Below are positions 36,553 through 45,954 of a stretch of 64,000 nucleotides of DNA, one piece after another. The stretch comes from a virus. Position 1 is the first letter of the stretch. Each line of letters begins with the position of its first letter. A model generated the notes under the pieces. The model ran no database searches. It was not told where the DNA came from and saw only the letters and a program-made list of their open reading frames with translations. The stretch is from positions 6,512-70,511 of IMG/VR virus record IMGVR_UViG_3300036790_000211; one strand, given 5' to 3'. The translations under genes and the position numbers were made by a program.

Positions 36553-37026
36553 TTAGATCTCGAAGACGACGCCGTCAGTGGCCGTGCTGTCCCACTCGAA
36601 GGTCACCGACCCGCCGTTGGTGGCGATGCTGCCGCCCGAGTCCTTGTACGTGACCAGGAAGCTCAGGGAGTCGCTGGCTCCCTTGATGTAGAGCACGATC
36701 GCCTTCACGGTCGGGCCGGAGCTGGCCGGCCCCAGGGCGCTCCACTCCGGGTCGTCGACGGTGAACTTGATCACGCCGTCGGTGTCGTCCTCGGTGAGGG
36801 TGGCCCCGACGATGTTCATGCCGCCTTCGGTGTATCCGGTGGTGCTCAGCTCGACGAAGCCGCTCGCGGCCTTGAGGTCCGCCAGGGTCTTGTCCGTGTG
36901 GGCTGGCGTGTAGGTGCTGGTCGAGTCGATCAGGAGCGCGTAGATGTCGGAGTTGCTGTCGAGGTCGTACCCGGATGTGCCCTTGAGCGCGCCGAGCTTC
37001 CAGCCGTTGTAGACAAAGTCGGCCAT
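36553..37026 (-). CDS. virion structural protein
   Basis: Position, beta-rich composition. Confidence 0.6.
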   Translation of the reverse strand: MADFVYNGWKLGALKGTSGYDLDSNSDIYALLIDSTSTYTPAHTDKTLADLKAASGFVELSTTGYTEGGMNIVGATLTEDDTDGVIKFTVDDPEWSALGPASSGPTVKAIVLYIKGASDSLSFLVTYKDSGGSIATNGGSVTFEWDSTATDGVVFEI

Positions 37027-37062
37027 GGGGACTCCCCTGATCTATCTCGTCGACGCGGAGCG

Positions 37063-37818
37063 TCAGACGGCGATCGGTAGGTGCTTGAGCCAGATCTGGC
37101 GGAAGCGAGCGGTGGCGTGGGCGTGGATGCCCTGGTCGCCGCCGTACTGGCGAGCGAAGCGCTCGTACTCAGGCGAGGCGCCGCCTCCTCCGTAGTGGCG
37201 GCAGCGGATCGGCACCACCCAATTGCGGCGCCCGGCGAAGTGAGCGCGGAGGCTCAGGTCGATGTCGTAGAAGTGGTGGATGAACTCCTCATCCATCCCG
37301 CCCAGGCGCTCCCAGAGGCCGCGCTCGCAGCACATGGCGAGGCCATCGAGGACCGCGACCGGGACCGGGCCGGCGGCCTCGTAGCCGTGGACCTGCCAGT
37401 CCTCGAGCGACGAGTAGAACTGGCCCCTGGTGACGTGGCCCATACTCCTTCCGCCGGCGAACCCGACCATGCCGGGGTTGGGGAGCGTCTTCATGAAGCC
37501 GACCAGCTTGCGGTCCCACTCCTCCTCCCTCATGTGGAGGTCGCAGTGCATGGAGGCGAAGAACTCGCCGGTCGCCAGCTCGGCCGCTCGGTTCATGGCG
37601 GCGGCGGATCCGACAACCTTCGGCAGGAAGGTGGCGGACACCTCGACGCCGCGGCCGGACAGGGCCTCGTAGACGTAGTCCGCCTCTCCGCGGTCCATGC
37701 CGTTGAAGCAGATGCAGACCTCGACGTCGGAGCTGGCGAGCCTGACCGTGTTCTCGGCCCACGCCGCTGCCTGATCTGGCCGGCCACAACAGGCGGTGAT
37801 GATCGAGAGCGTGCTCAT
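37063..37818 (-). CDS. glycosyltransferase family 2
   Basis: GSAAAMNRAAELATGE...HCD, VLDGL, GGMDEEF.HHFYDIDLSLR. Confidence 0.85.
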   Translation of the reverse strand: MSTLSIITACCGRPDQAAAWAENTVRLASSDVEVCICFNGMDRGEADYVYEALSGRGVEVSATFLPKVVGSAAAMNRAAELATGEFFASMHCDLHMREEEWDRKLVGFMKTLPNPGMVGFAGGRSMGHVTRGQFYSSLEDWQVHGYEAAGPVPVAVLDGLAMCCERGLWERLGGMDEEFIHHFYDIDLSLRAHFAGRRNWVVPIRCRHYGGGGASPEYERFARQYGGDQGIHAHATARFRQIWLKHLPIAV

Positions 37819-38351
37819 GCGACCCCCCAGGCGAGGTAGTCGATGCGCTCGTGGTAGCGGCCGCCCTTCGAGGCGAACCATTCGTCCGCGACCTGGGTCA
37901 CCCCGAAGTCGCACCCGGTCCTGCCGTAGTCGTGGAAGGCGATCCATCCACCCCACCGAACCAGCGGCTTCACGAGCTCCAGATCGCGCCGCACGCTCTC
38001 CTCGTCGTGCTGGCCGTCGATGAAGCAGCCGTCGAAGACCGGGACCGGGTGCCGCTCGGCCAGCACCGGGAGGATGTCCTCGAAGCGGTGCGGAAGGATC
38101 GAGACTATGGGCTCGACCTGGTACCGGCGGATGTTGTTCATGAACGAGTCGTACGTGTTGCCGAGGCCGGCGTGGACATCCCCCTCGAACCAGTCGACGG
38201 TCGACACGCGCCGGGCAGAGGAGGCAAGGACCACGGTCGAGAAGCCGTGGTGCGCGCCCAGCTCGAGGACAGTATTCCCCCGGGCCAGCATCGCCAGCTT
38301 GATCGCCTCGGCGCGGGAGAGGGCGGTCGGGATGTCGTTGGGGATGATCAC
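37815..38351 (-). CDS. class I SAM-dependent methyltransferase (Methyltransf_24-like)
   Basis: VLELGAHHGFST, FIDGQHDEESVRRD, GGWIAFHDY. Confidence 0.88.
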   Translation of the reverse strand: MIIPNDIPTALSRAEAIKLAMLARGNTVLELGAHHGFSTVVLASSARRVSTVDWFEGDVHAGLGNTYDSFMNNIRRYQVEPIVSILPHRFEDILPVLAERHPVPVFDGCFIDGQHDEESVRRDLELVKPLVRWGGWIAFHDYGRTGCDFGVTQVADEWFASKGGRYHERIDYLAWGVA

Positions 38352-39022
38352 CGCCTGGGGCCTCCGTTGAACGGGGTGGTGAAGCTCTCGGATCCTGGCT
38401 CCCCTCCCCACTTGCGGACGTAGTAGCGCTTGTTCGCTTCGAAGCGCTTCCCTCGCCCGGCGATCTCCTCCTCCCGCTCCGGAGTGGTGTTGCGGGTGGT
38501 CGAGCCGTAGTGGTAGAAGGGCGCCCAGCTGGCCCCCTCGTAGCCCGCCAACCTGATGCGGCGGTGCATGTCGTTGTCCTCGAAGTAGGCGGGCACGAAC
38601 GCATCGTCGAACTCGCCCACGATCTCGAAGAGGCGGCGGTCCACGCAGTAGCAGGAGAAGTCGGCGGCTCCGATTGCGAGCTCGCGGAAGTTGCGGTAGA
38701 ACGGCCTCTCTTCAGGACCCGGCCTCTCTTGGAAGTCGCGGATGTTGCGAGCGGTGACCATGAGAAGGTCCTCGCGCTCGGCCAGCTTGGCGGCCAGCTC
38801 CTCGCCCGTCTCGGGGAACAGGAGGCAGTCGTCATTGGGGACCACGACGTAGTCGAAACCCTCGTCGACCAGCCGGCGGATGCCGTAGTTCCAGGCCGCG
38901 GCCAGGCTCCAGCACATCTGCGAGGTGTCGACGACGAGAAGCCGCGCGCCTTCGGGGATCGTGTGGATCGTCTCGACCAGGCGGGCGCCGCTCCAGGTGG
39001 CGATGCAGTAGGCGATCTTCAT
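38348..39022 (-). CDS. glycosyltransferase family 2
   Basis: LAAAWNYGI, PNDD, VGEFDDAFVPAYFEDNDM. Confidence 0.88.
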   Translation of the reverse strand: MKIAYCIATWSGARLVETIHTIPEGARLLVVDTSQMCWSLAAAWNYGIRRLVDEGFDYVVVPNDDCLLFPETGEELAAKLAEREDLLMVTARNIRDFQERPGPEERPFYRNFRELAIGAADFSCYCVDRRLFEIVGEFDDAFVPAYFEDNDMHRRIRLAGYEGASWAPFYHYGSTTRNTTPEREEEIAGRGKRFEANKRYYVRKWGGEPGSESFTTPFNGGPRR

Positions 39023-39321
39023 CAGGAGGCCCCCTGCTGCCTGATCAGCCTCGCCCCGGCCTCGAAGACCCGAGCAACGTACTCGCGCTCGTCCGCCGTG
39101 AGGGGCGGGTTCTCGCGGCCGCCGAGGCGATATCCGACGGCCAGGTTCCCGCGCCGGGGATTCTCCTGGTCGGTGGTCATCCAGGCGGTCACGCTCGCTT
39201 CCTGGTCGACGACCTCCGTTGGAAGGGACTCGGTGCCGAGGGATCCCGTCGGGACCGGCCTCGTGTCGTAGCGGACGACGTACTCGTCGCCTTCCATGCG
39301 GGCCGACTTGACCTTCCCCAT
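39022..39321 (-). CDS. hypothetical protein
   Basis: TGATG coupling on both sides. Confidence 0.6.
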   Translation of the reverse strand: MGKVKSARMEGDEYVVRYDTRPVPTGSLGTESLPTEVVDQEASVTAWMTTDQENPRRGNLAVGYRLGGRENPPLTADEREYVARVFEAGARLIRQQGAS

Positions 39322-40580
39322 CACAGGTACTCCTCGACGACCTTGAGCACGGAGAGCCCCTGGTCCGCGAGCGTGTGGTTGGCCCGCACGTACTCGGCCG
39401 CGGCCTGACCCTTCCCGCACCCGCCGCGCCACAGCGCGTAGGCGTCGCGCAGCTGCTTCACACCGTCCTTCTCTGACGGGATCCACCAGTTGCCGACGTC
39501 GCCGTACCGAGACACGTAGTCGGCGCCGAAGCCCCTGGGCGGACCGGCGTACTCCTTGCCCTCGGTCTTGATCGGGTAGGACCACTTCGGATCGAGGTAG
39601 GCGCGCATGCCCGAGTTGTCGGCGCAGACGACCTCCATGCCCGTGCTCATCGCCTCGATCGGCGGCAGCCCGGTCCCCTCACCCTTCGAGGGCCAGAGAA
39701 AGCAGTGGTGCTCGTGGTAGAGCTGGCGGACGTGCTCGGGCGGACTGTCGCCCTGGATCAGCCTGATCCGGCGGTCCTTCAGGGCCTCGGCGGTGATGTC
39801 GTGGATCGCGACGGTGCGCCGTGTCTTGATGGTGAGCTCCCAACTCTGGTCGCCCTCACTGGCCGCTTGGAAGATCCGGATCGCACCCTGCCAGTTCTTG
39901 CGCTCGGTCAGCGCGCCGAGGATGAGTACCCGGAAAGGGCCTTCGTTGGAGCGCTCGGTGTAGGAGAAGTAGTCGGTGTCGACTCCAGCCGTCAGGACCG
40001 AGATGGGGCATCGCACCCCCGCCTTCTTCCAGATCGGCACCTGAAACGGGCTGGTCGTGATGAGGTGATCGCATCGGTTGACCTGCTCCGCGTGGAAGTC
40101 CGGGATCCGGTCGGTCTCGAACTGCGTGATCGCGATCTTGGCGAGGCTCTGGCTGTCCCAGATCATGTCGTCGTAGGGCACCGTCATCGCCAGGGCGACC
40201 TTCGCCGGCAGCGCCGCGTTGTTCGCGTTCCGCTGGGCGATCACGTCGGCGTCGAGGTAGCTCCGGTCGACGAAGTGGCCGGGGTTGCGCAGGCGCGCGT
40301 CGGCACCGAGGAGCCGCATCGCCCGCCAGATGTCGAGGGCGTGCCTCCCGTACCCGTCGATCACGGACAGCGGAGCCCAGAAGTCGAAGTAGGGGCGTCC
40401 GTCGCCAGTCGTCGAGCGGAGCTCGTCGGCCATCTGCGAGAAGTCGAAGTGCAGGGAAGGGCCGCCGTACAGTTCGACAAAGCCCCTGGGCACCCGCGTG
40501 GGGACTCCCTCCTGGAGCGTGATCTCCCCGTAGCGCATCGGTCCCTTCGCGTTGCGCGTGACGGTGATGTAGTCGTCCAT
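39321..40580 (-). CDS. glycosyltransferase family 4 (GT-B)
   Basis: GYGRHA, GVDTDYF, ERKN, PSKGEGTGLPPIEAMSTG (EX7E). Confidence 0.9.
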   Translation of the reverse strand: MDDYITVTRNAKGPMRYGEITLQEGVPTRVPRGFVELYGGPSLHFDFSQMADELRSTTGDGRPYFDFWAPLSVIDGYGRHALDIWRAMRLLGADARLRNPGHFVDRSYLDADVIAQRNANNAALPAKVALAMTVPYDDMIWDSQSLAKIAITQFETDRIPDFHAEQVNRCDHLITTSPFQVPIWKKAGVRCPISVLTAGVDTDYFSYTERSNEGPFRVLILGALTERKNWQGAIRIFQAASEGDQSWELTIKTRRTVAIHDITAEALKDRRIRLIQGDSPPEHVRQLYHEHHCFLWPSKGEGTGLPPIEAMSTGMEVVCADNSGMRAYLDPKWSYPIKTEGKEYAGPPRGFGADYVSRYGDVGNWWIPSEKDGVKQLRDAYALWRGGCGKGQAAAEYVRANHTLADQGLSVLKVVEEYL

Positions 40581-40605
40581 TGATCCTCAGAGGTCCATCG
40601 ATCCA

Positions 40606-40643
40606 ACGAAGAGGGGCTGGGGGCGGCCGAAGCCGCCCCCAGC
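40606..40643 (-). terminator. hairpin after major capsid gene
   Basis: 12-bp stem 40616-40627/40632-40643, UUCG loop; weak U tract. Confidence 0.6.
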
Positions 40644-40669
40644 TGGGGGAGTGGGCTACCTGACTCGGA

Positions 40670-42064
40670 TCAGGTCCACTGACCGAAGCCCGCCGTCGGC
40701 CCGTAGATGAGCTGGAAGGCGTAGGGCTTGGTCACCACCTCGGCCGACCGCTCCCGAAGCGTCCGCGTCCATGCGTCCACGTTCTGGAAGTTGCCGGTGG
40801 AGGGGTCGTAGTCCGCGTAGACCTTCGGCCCGGCCTGGACCGGGACGTAGGGGGCGTACACGTGCCCAGCGCGGAGGGGGTCCGGGTTCGGGACGTACAT
40901 GATCGCCACGTTGTCGGGAAGGAACTCGGTGCCGACGATCTGCCAGCGGGCAGCGTAGGAGCCGTAGTCCGTGATGCCGACGCTCGACATGTCGCCCGGG
41001 TCCGGGTTGCCGACGGCGGTCGCGGTGTTCAGCTTCTGGAGGAAGCCGGCCATCGAGTAGCCCGCGATGATCTTGCCGGGCATGCGCCGGTTCGCCCGGT
41101 TGAACTGCGTCGCGCCGTCGACCAGGGAGGCGAAGATCGCCTGCTTGTAGTCGACCAGCGTCCCGCTGCCGATCTGCGACAGGTTCGGCATCTGGATCGG
41201 GGTGAGAGCACCCTGCCACACGCCGGGCAGGTCGCTGCCCACCGAGGGGTTCCAGTTTCCCTGAGCCGCGTTGAAGATGGTGCCCAGGTGCCGGCCGAAG
41301 AGGTCGCGGACGACCTCCTCTCCGGTCGCCGCCATCATCTCGGACTCGACCGAGAAGTTGAGCAGCGCCTTGGCGTCTTCCTCGGCCTCAGTCGTCCAGG
41401 TCGCGCCGACCATCAGCTTGACGGCGTTGATGATCTGGCGGACCAGCTTGAGGTTGACCTTCGCCGGCACCCCGAGCTCGGGGGTCAGGAGGTCGTTGTA
41501 CTCAAGCGAGAGGAAGTTGGTGGGCGGGGTCAGGGTGGTGAGCGTCCCGTTCTGGTACGCATTGGCCCTGAGGTAGTCCAGCCAGAAGACGTACGAGCTG
41601 GGACCGGACATGGTCTGGACCCGGCTGATGTCGTTCTGGAGGACGATCGCGTAGAGACGCCGAACGATCGGCATCACTTCGCGGGTGGGCAGAGCCTCGG
41701 AGCCGGTCGTGGTCTCTCCACCGGCCTGCTCGAGGTAGATCTTGACCCGCTCTCCGCGGATCTCGGCGACGGCGTACTGCTCCTGGTCCTTCTGGAAGAA
41801 CCGCTGGTTGTCCAGGATCAGGGCCATTTCGCCGATCTGGTAGTCGCCCTTGAGCTCCGGGCAGTTGACCTTGCTCAGCTTCTCGTGGAAGCGCTTCGCC
41901 TGGTCAGACTTCGCGTGCTCCTGGTTGAGCCATCCGGCCGCGCCCCACTTCTCCACGAGGTAGCCCTTGTAGGCGTCTCGCTTCTCTGTGGTGTCGAGGC
42001 TCATGCCGAGGGCGACCCGCTGCATATCGGCAGCCGAAAGCGGCTCCTGGGTTGCAGTGGTCAC
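40670..42064 (-). CDS. major capsid protein, T4 gp23-like
   Basis: LVEKW, ALILDNQ, PIVRR, VQTMSGPSSYVF, YAPYVP. Confidence 0.85.
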   Translation of the reverse strand: MTTATQEPLSAADMQRVALGMSLDTTEKRDAYKGYLVEKWGAAGWLNQEHAKSDQAKRFHEKLSKVNCPELKGDYQIGEMALILDNQRFFQKDQEQYAVAEIRGERVKIYLEQAGGETTTGSEALPTREVMPIVRRLYAIVLQNDISRVQTMSGPSSYVFWLDYLRANAYQNGTLTTLTPPTNFLSLEYNDLLTPELGVPAKVNLKLVRQIINAVKLMVGATWTTEAEEDAKALLNFSVESEMMAATGEEVVRDLFGRHLGTIFNAAQGNWNPSVGSDLPGVWQGALTPIQMPNLSQIGSGTLVDYKQAIFASLVDGATQFNRANRRMPGKIIAGYSMAGFLQKLNTATAVGNPDPGDMSSVGITDYGSYAARWQIVGTEFLPDNVAIMYVPNPDPLRAGHVYAPYVPVQAGPKVYADYDPSTGNFQNVDAWTRTLRERSAEVVTKPYAFQLIYGPTAGFGQWT

Positions 42065-42071
42065 GTGTGTT

Positions 42072-42123
42072 CTCCTTGACTCGGTTCACGTGTGCGGCTG
42101 ATCCCCGGGGGTGGCACCCCGGG
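42072..42123 (-). promoter_or_regulatory. UGCCAC-loop hairpin element upstream of capsid gene
   Basis: CCCGGGG-TGCCAC-CCCCGGG (42104-42123), then GCCGCACACGTGAACCGAGTCAAGGAG. Confidence 0.75.
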
Positions 42124-42129
42124 ACGGGA

Positions 42130-43773
42130 TCAGTCGGGGAGGTTGGCCTGGATCGAGAGGTCGGGCACCTTGGACCCGTTTCCGGATCCGCCGTCCTGGT
42201 CGATTCCCTGGCCGGGCTGGCCGTTGCCGGAGCCGGCCATCAGCGCCTGCAGGACCTCCTGCCGGATCGCCTCCGGGGTCGGCGCCGCGGGCGCACCGGC
42301 CGCTGCGACGGGGACCTGGAGCATCAGGTCAGCGACGAGAGCGACGGCCTCGCCCTTGGTCTTGCCCTGGACCAGCTGCTTGAGCAGCGGCCTCTTGTCC
42401 TCGGGCAGCCGGGCGCCGGCCTTGTCGAGGAACGCCTCGAGCTCGATCTTCTCGACCTTCGCCTCGGCAGCGCGCCGGCGCTCCTTCTGCTTGGTCAGCT
42501 TCTCCTCGAGCTCGACGACTCGGGTCTGCAGAGGCTCCTCGATCGCCTGCACCAGGTCCTGGTGGTCGGAGCGAAGGGCCTCCAGAGTGAGGTTCACGTT
42601 CGGTTCCTCCTCGTGAGGTGGGGTGGCGGGGTCGTCCTGCGGCAACGGAGCGATGTCGATCGCCTCGTTGAGGATCTGGACGCCCCATGTGGGCTGAGCC
42701 GGCCCGTCGGGAGCGAAGTCGATGCCGCTGGGGCACATGTCTTCGCAGACCAACATCGGCTCGCCGTTCACCTTCTGGAGAGCGAGCTTGTAGCCCGGCT
42801 TTCCGTCAGGGGCGGTGGGCGCTGCTCGGAGCGATACCGAGTTCAGCTTCCCTGCTCGCGCGAGGACCTGGATGTCCTTCCCGTCCGTCGTGGGCTCGAT
42901 TTCGAGGACTGCGTAGCCAACGCGCCCCTCCTGCACAACGTCGACGACCGCACCCGGCGGGAGGTGCTGGCCGTCGTGAGCGTGTGCGTGCCGGCCGTAG
43001 ACGGTCAGGTGCTGCTTCTGCTGGGCGAGGATGCCCTTCATCCGCTCGACAGTTCGAGGGATCACCGACTCCTGCCAGAGGATCGGGTAGCGGAAGCCCT
43101 GCGCGTTCGCCTTGGATCCCCCCACGTAGAAGGGGACCTTCATCCGCATGCTGCCGGACTCGCCGGCTGCGGGCTCCTGGAGGATGGTTACCCCAGGGAT
43201 CTGGTCGGAGTCGAGGGTGAGGAAGGTCTGGAGGGTCGCCCCCTCCTGGTTCAGCTTCTTCTTGCCCTTCTTCGCCTTCGGACCGGGCTTGCCGTTGGGC
43301 TCGACATAGTCGTCGTCCTTGTCGCCCTTCCCCGTCTTGGGGTTGTACGGCTGGGTGTCGTTGTCTCCGTCCTTGTCCGGATCCGGATCCGGATCCGACG
43401 GCTGCGGGGGTCGGCCCCCGCGGGTGCCTGGCCGCGCCAGCTTCCGGCGCACCATCGGGGGCGCCGCCGACTGGCCGATGCCCCACCCTTTCGGGAGCAT
43501 CGACGTCTTGCCCAGCGCGCGAGCCCGCTTGACGATGTGAGCCTTGATGGAGCTGTGCGCGTTCTTCGTGCCCCGCCCGATCGCGTGGATCGCCTTGCGC
43601 AGGAACGCGGGGTTGGGGATCGGGTAGCTGCCGTCCTTCATGGCGACGCCCTGGCCGGCCCAGCGGCGGCGGTTGGCAGTGCTGAGCCTGACGCTCTCGC
43701 ACCAGATCGTGAAGTCCGGTTCCTCGACCTGCCTCCACGGCATCGGCGGCGTCGCTGTGGCTGTGAGGCTCAT
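42130..43773 (-). CDS. prohead protease/scaffold fusion with extra N-terminal domain
   Basis: AMKDGSYPI...AIHAIGRG N-domain; His (HAH) and Ser (SVSLR) protease motifs; C-terminal coiled coil. Confidence 0.75.
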   Translation of the reverse strand: MSLTATATPPMPWRQVEEPDFTIWCESVRLSTANRRRWAGQGVAMKDGSYPIPNPAFLRKAIHAIGRGTKNAHSSIKAHIVKRARALGKTSMLPKGWGIGQSAAPPMVRRKLARPGTRGGRPPQPSDPDPDPDKDGDNDTQPYNPKTGKGDKDDDYVEPNGKPGPKAKKGKKKLNQEGATLQTFLTLDSDQIPGVTILQEPAAGESGSMRMKVPFYVGGSKANAQGFRYPILWQESVIPRTVERMKGILAQQKQHLTVYGRHAHAHDGQHLPPGAVVDVVQEGRVGYAVLEIEPTTDGKDIQVLARAGKLNSVSLRAAPTAPDGKPGYKLALQKVNGEPMLVCEDMCPSGIDFAPDGPAQPTWGVQILNEAIDIAPLPQDDPATPPHEEEPNVNLTLEALRSDHQDLVQAIEEPLQTRVVELEEKLTKQKERRRAAEAKVEKIELEAFLDKAGARLPEDKRPLLKQLVQGKTKGEAVALVADLMLQVPVAAAGAPAAPTPEAIRQEVLQALMAGSGNGQPGQGIDQDGGSGNGSKVPDLSIQANLPD

Positions 43774-43886
43774 GCCTTGCTCCCCTTCTTCTTGCCGCCC
43801 TTCTTGCCCTTCTTCCGCTTCTTGAGCGGGCCGGGCGGCAGGCGAAGATCAGCGGTGGTGTTGGTCGTACCGGCGGTGTCGGTCAT
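43770..43886 (-). CDS. 38-aa lysine-rich microprotein
   Basis: AGGAG SD; MTDTAGTTNTTADLRLPPGPLKKRKKGKKGGKKKGSKA; ATGA overlap with the protease gene. Confidence 0.7.
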   Translation of the reverse strand: MTDTAGTTNTTADLRLPPGPLKKRKKGKKGGKKKGSKA

Positions 43887-43895
43887 GCCTGGCTC

Positions 43896-45731
43896 CTACT
43901 CGGGCTGCCCTTCGTCCCGCTGCGTCTGGGGACGGGGCTGATCCGGCTCCCCGGTCGGCGGGCCGGGCGAGTGGACGATGGTCACCGGCCCCGCAACCTT
44001 GTGGTTGTGGTTGTGGGTGACCTCGCCCCTGTGCAGGGTCACGACCGGGTGACCCGCGATCGGGTCGTACGGAACGGGCGGCAGGTCCTGCTGAACCGGC
44101 TTCTTGCCGGGGGCGCCGGCGGGGGCCGCGGGCTTGCCCTTGGGCTGCACGGATCCGGCCGCCTTGGCCGTCTTGACCTGGGTCTTGCCCTGGGTCTTCG
44201 CCATCGCCATCTGGTGCTGGTTGGCCTGGTCCGCCTGGTCCGCCTGCTCCTGCTGCTGCTGGTCGTGCTGCTCTTGGAGCTTCGCCAGCTCCTCCTCGAT
44301 CTCGTCGGGAGGCATCTGCAGGATGTTCGCCATGACCCACTCGGGAGTCACGACCGGGGTCATGTTCATCTGGGACGCGCCCAGGAAGATGCCGACGGCC
44401 TGCGCCCGGGCGAACAGCGCCTGGGCTGCGCTGAGCTCGTCGGCGGCCTTCAGCGCGGGCCAGGTGATCCGGTAGGTGACCTTGGTCGGGTCCTTCCCGG
44501 CGAGGATGAACGCCAGGTTGTAGATCGGCTCGAGCACCTGGGTTCCGGCGTCCTGCTGGAGGCCGCGGAGGAAGCGCACGTACTGGACGTCCTGCTGGGT
44601 CAGCGTCGCCTTGGCGTTGATCTCTTTCTCGAACCCGAGGTGCGCCGGCGGGACGTGCGTCGTGCTGATGAGCTTCTTCTGCAGGAAGATCACGTCGTCG
44701 ATCTGGTGCAGGTCGCCGTTCTGCGGGTCGATCGTGTCGATCTTCGACAGCTGCGGCACCGGAGTTCCGTTGAAGTTCACGGTCCCGGTCGTCACGAAGA
44801 AGTCGGTCAAGACCTGCATCTGCGCGTCACGGCGGTTGTCGAGGCGCCCCTTGGTCTGGACCGCCTCCTTGTAGGCGCTGACCGCCTTCCGCTTCTCGGC
44901 CGGCCCCAACCCTGACGTGTCGATGTAGTAGACGAGCTTGAGATAGGCCCTGGTCAGGCGAGCGACGACCATCGCCTCCTGCAGGGCGCGGAGCTGCTTC
45001 CACGTGTTGCGGCTGACCCGGCCGAGGGCCTGTCCGTAGGGGCTGAACCCGTCCCAGTTGAGCCGGGCGTGGATCAGCTGCCACGGGAAGAAGGCCGCGA
45101 CGACCTTCTGCTCCTCCTCCGAGTCGCGCTGGTCGAACGCGCACTCACCGGGCTCGTTCTCACACTTCCCGTTCGCGTATCGAGGCCTGCCCATGAGCAG
45201 GTTGCCCTTGGGGTCCTGGTTTCGCCAGATCGTCTTGGGCGGCAGTTGCTTGACCGCGACCAGCTGGAGGTCGGCGTCCACCTTGTTGACCACGGGCTCC
45301 GTGAACGAGTCGCCGTACTTGACCAGGTTTCGGACGATGCTCTTGATCGCCCGGTGCATCCCCAGCTTCGCGTTCGCGTCGTCGATGACCGCCTGGTCCT
45401 CGGGGTTCTCCGCGATGACCTGGAAGCTCTCCTGGGCTCCGTCCTCGCTCGACACGACGTTGTTCGCGATCGTGTCCAGCGCGACCGAGAACTCCTCGGA
45501 GAGCCGGTCCATGTCCTCGCAGTCCCAGTACACGTCCCAGCGGTTGTCGCCGAGGTTGAACTGGCCGCTGACCTTGGACGTCGCGGCGTCCATGACGACA
45601 CCGCTCTGGGTGGTGTTGCGCTCCTCGACCTGGGGGCCGAGGTCGTGCTGGTAGTTCGCCCAGCGCGCCATGACCCGAGCCACGAGCCGGGGCACGCGAC
45701 GCGAAGTGAGCTGCGAGGGGTCAATGGACAC
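43896..45731 (-). CDS. portal protein, T4 gp20-like
   Basis: LRALQEAMVVARLTRA..KLVYYID, DDVIFLQKKL....VP. Confidence 0.85.
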   Translation of the reverse strand: MSIDPSQLTSRRVPRLVARVMARWANYQHDLGPQVEERNTTQSGVVMDAATSKVSGQFNLGDNRWDVYWDCEDMDRLSEEFSVALDTIANNVVSSEDGAQESFQVIAENPEDQAVIDDANAKLGMHRAIKSIVRNLVKYGDSFTEPVVNKVDADLQLVAVKQLPPKTIWRNQDPKGNLLMGRPRYANGKCENEPGECAFDQRDSEEEQKVVAAFFPWQLIHARLNWDGFSPYGQALGRVSRNTWKQLRALQEAMVVARLTRAYLKLVYYIDTSGLGPAEKRKAVSAYKEAVQTKGRLDNRRDAQMQVLTDFFVTTGTVNFNGTPVPQLSKIDTIDPQNGDLHQIDDVIFLQKKLISTTHVPPAHLGFEKEINAKATLTQQDVQYVRFLRGLQQDAGTQVLEPIYNLAFILAGKDPTKVTYRITWPALKAADELSAAQALFARAQAVGIFLGASQMNMTPVVTPEWVMANILQMPPDEIEEELAKLQEQHDQQQQEQADQADQANQHQMAMAKTQGKTQVKTAKAAGSVQPKGKPAAPAGAPGKKPVQQDLPPVPYDPIAGHPVVTLHRGEVTHNHNHKVAGPVTIVHSPGPPTGEPDQPRPQTQRDEGQPE

Positions 45732-45954
45732 GGACTTCTCCTGGGGCGCTACACCTCGTCGATGTGAACGCCGAAGATCTGCCAGATGACCCGCGGGTCA
45801 TCCATCTCGTGAGGTTCGAATTCAGGGCCCTGCTCGCCTTGCACGTAGGGCGCGGCGCCGAGCACGTTCCGTCCGCCGGCGCCGAAGATGCCGGACAGGC
45901 GGGTGAAGACGTCGATCAGGGGCCAGGAGGCGTCGAGGCCGTTGGTCTCGCTCG

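Noticed and set aside
34275-36653. Long antisense ORFs (also 2506..4296, 27694..29685, 42052..43941, 57782..59698)
   Set aside because: Shadow frames typical of high-GC DNA, opposite well-supported genes, with no recognisable motifs.
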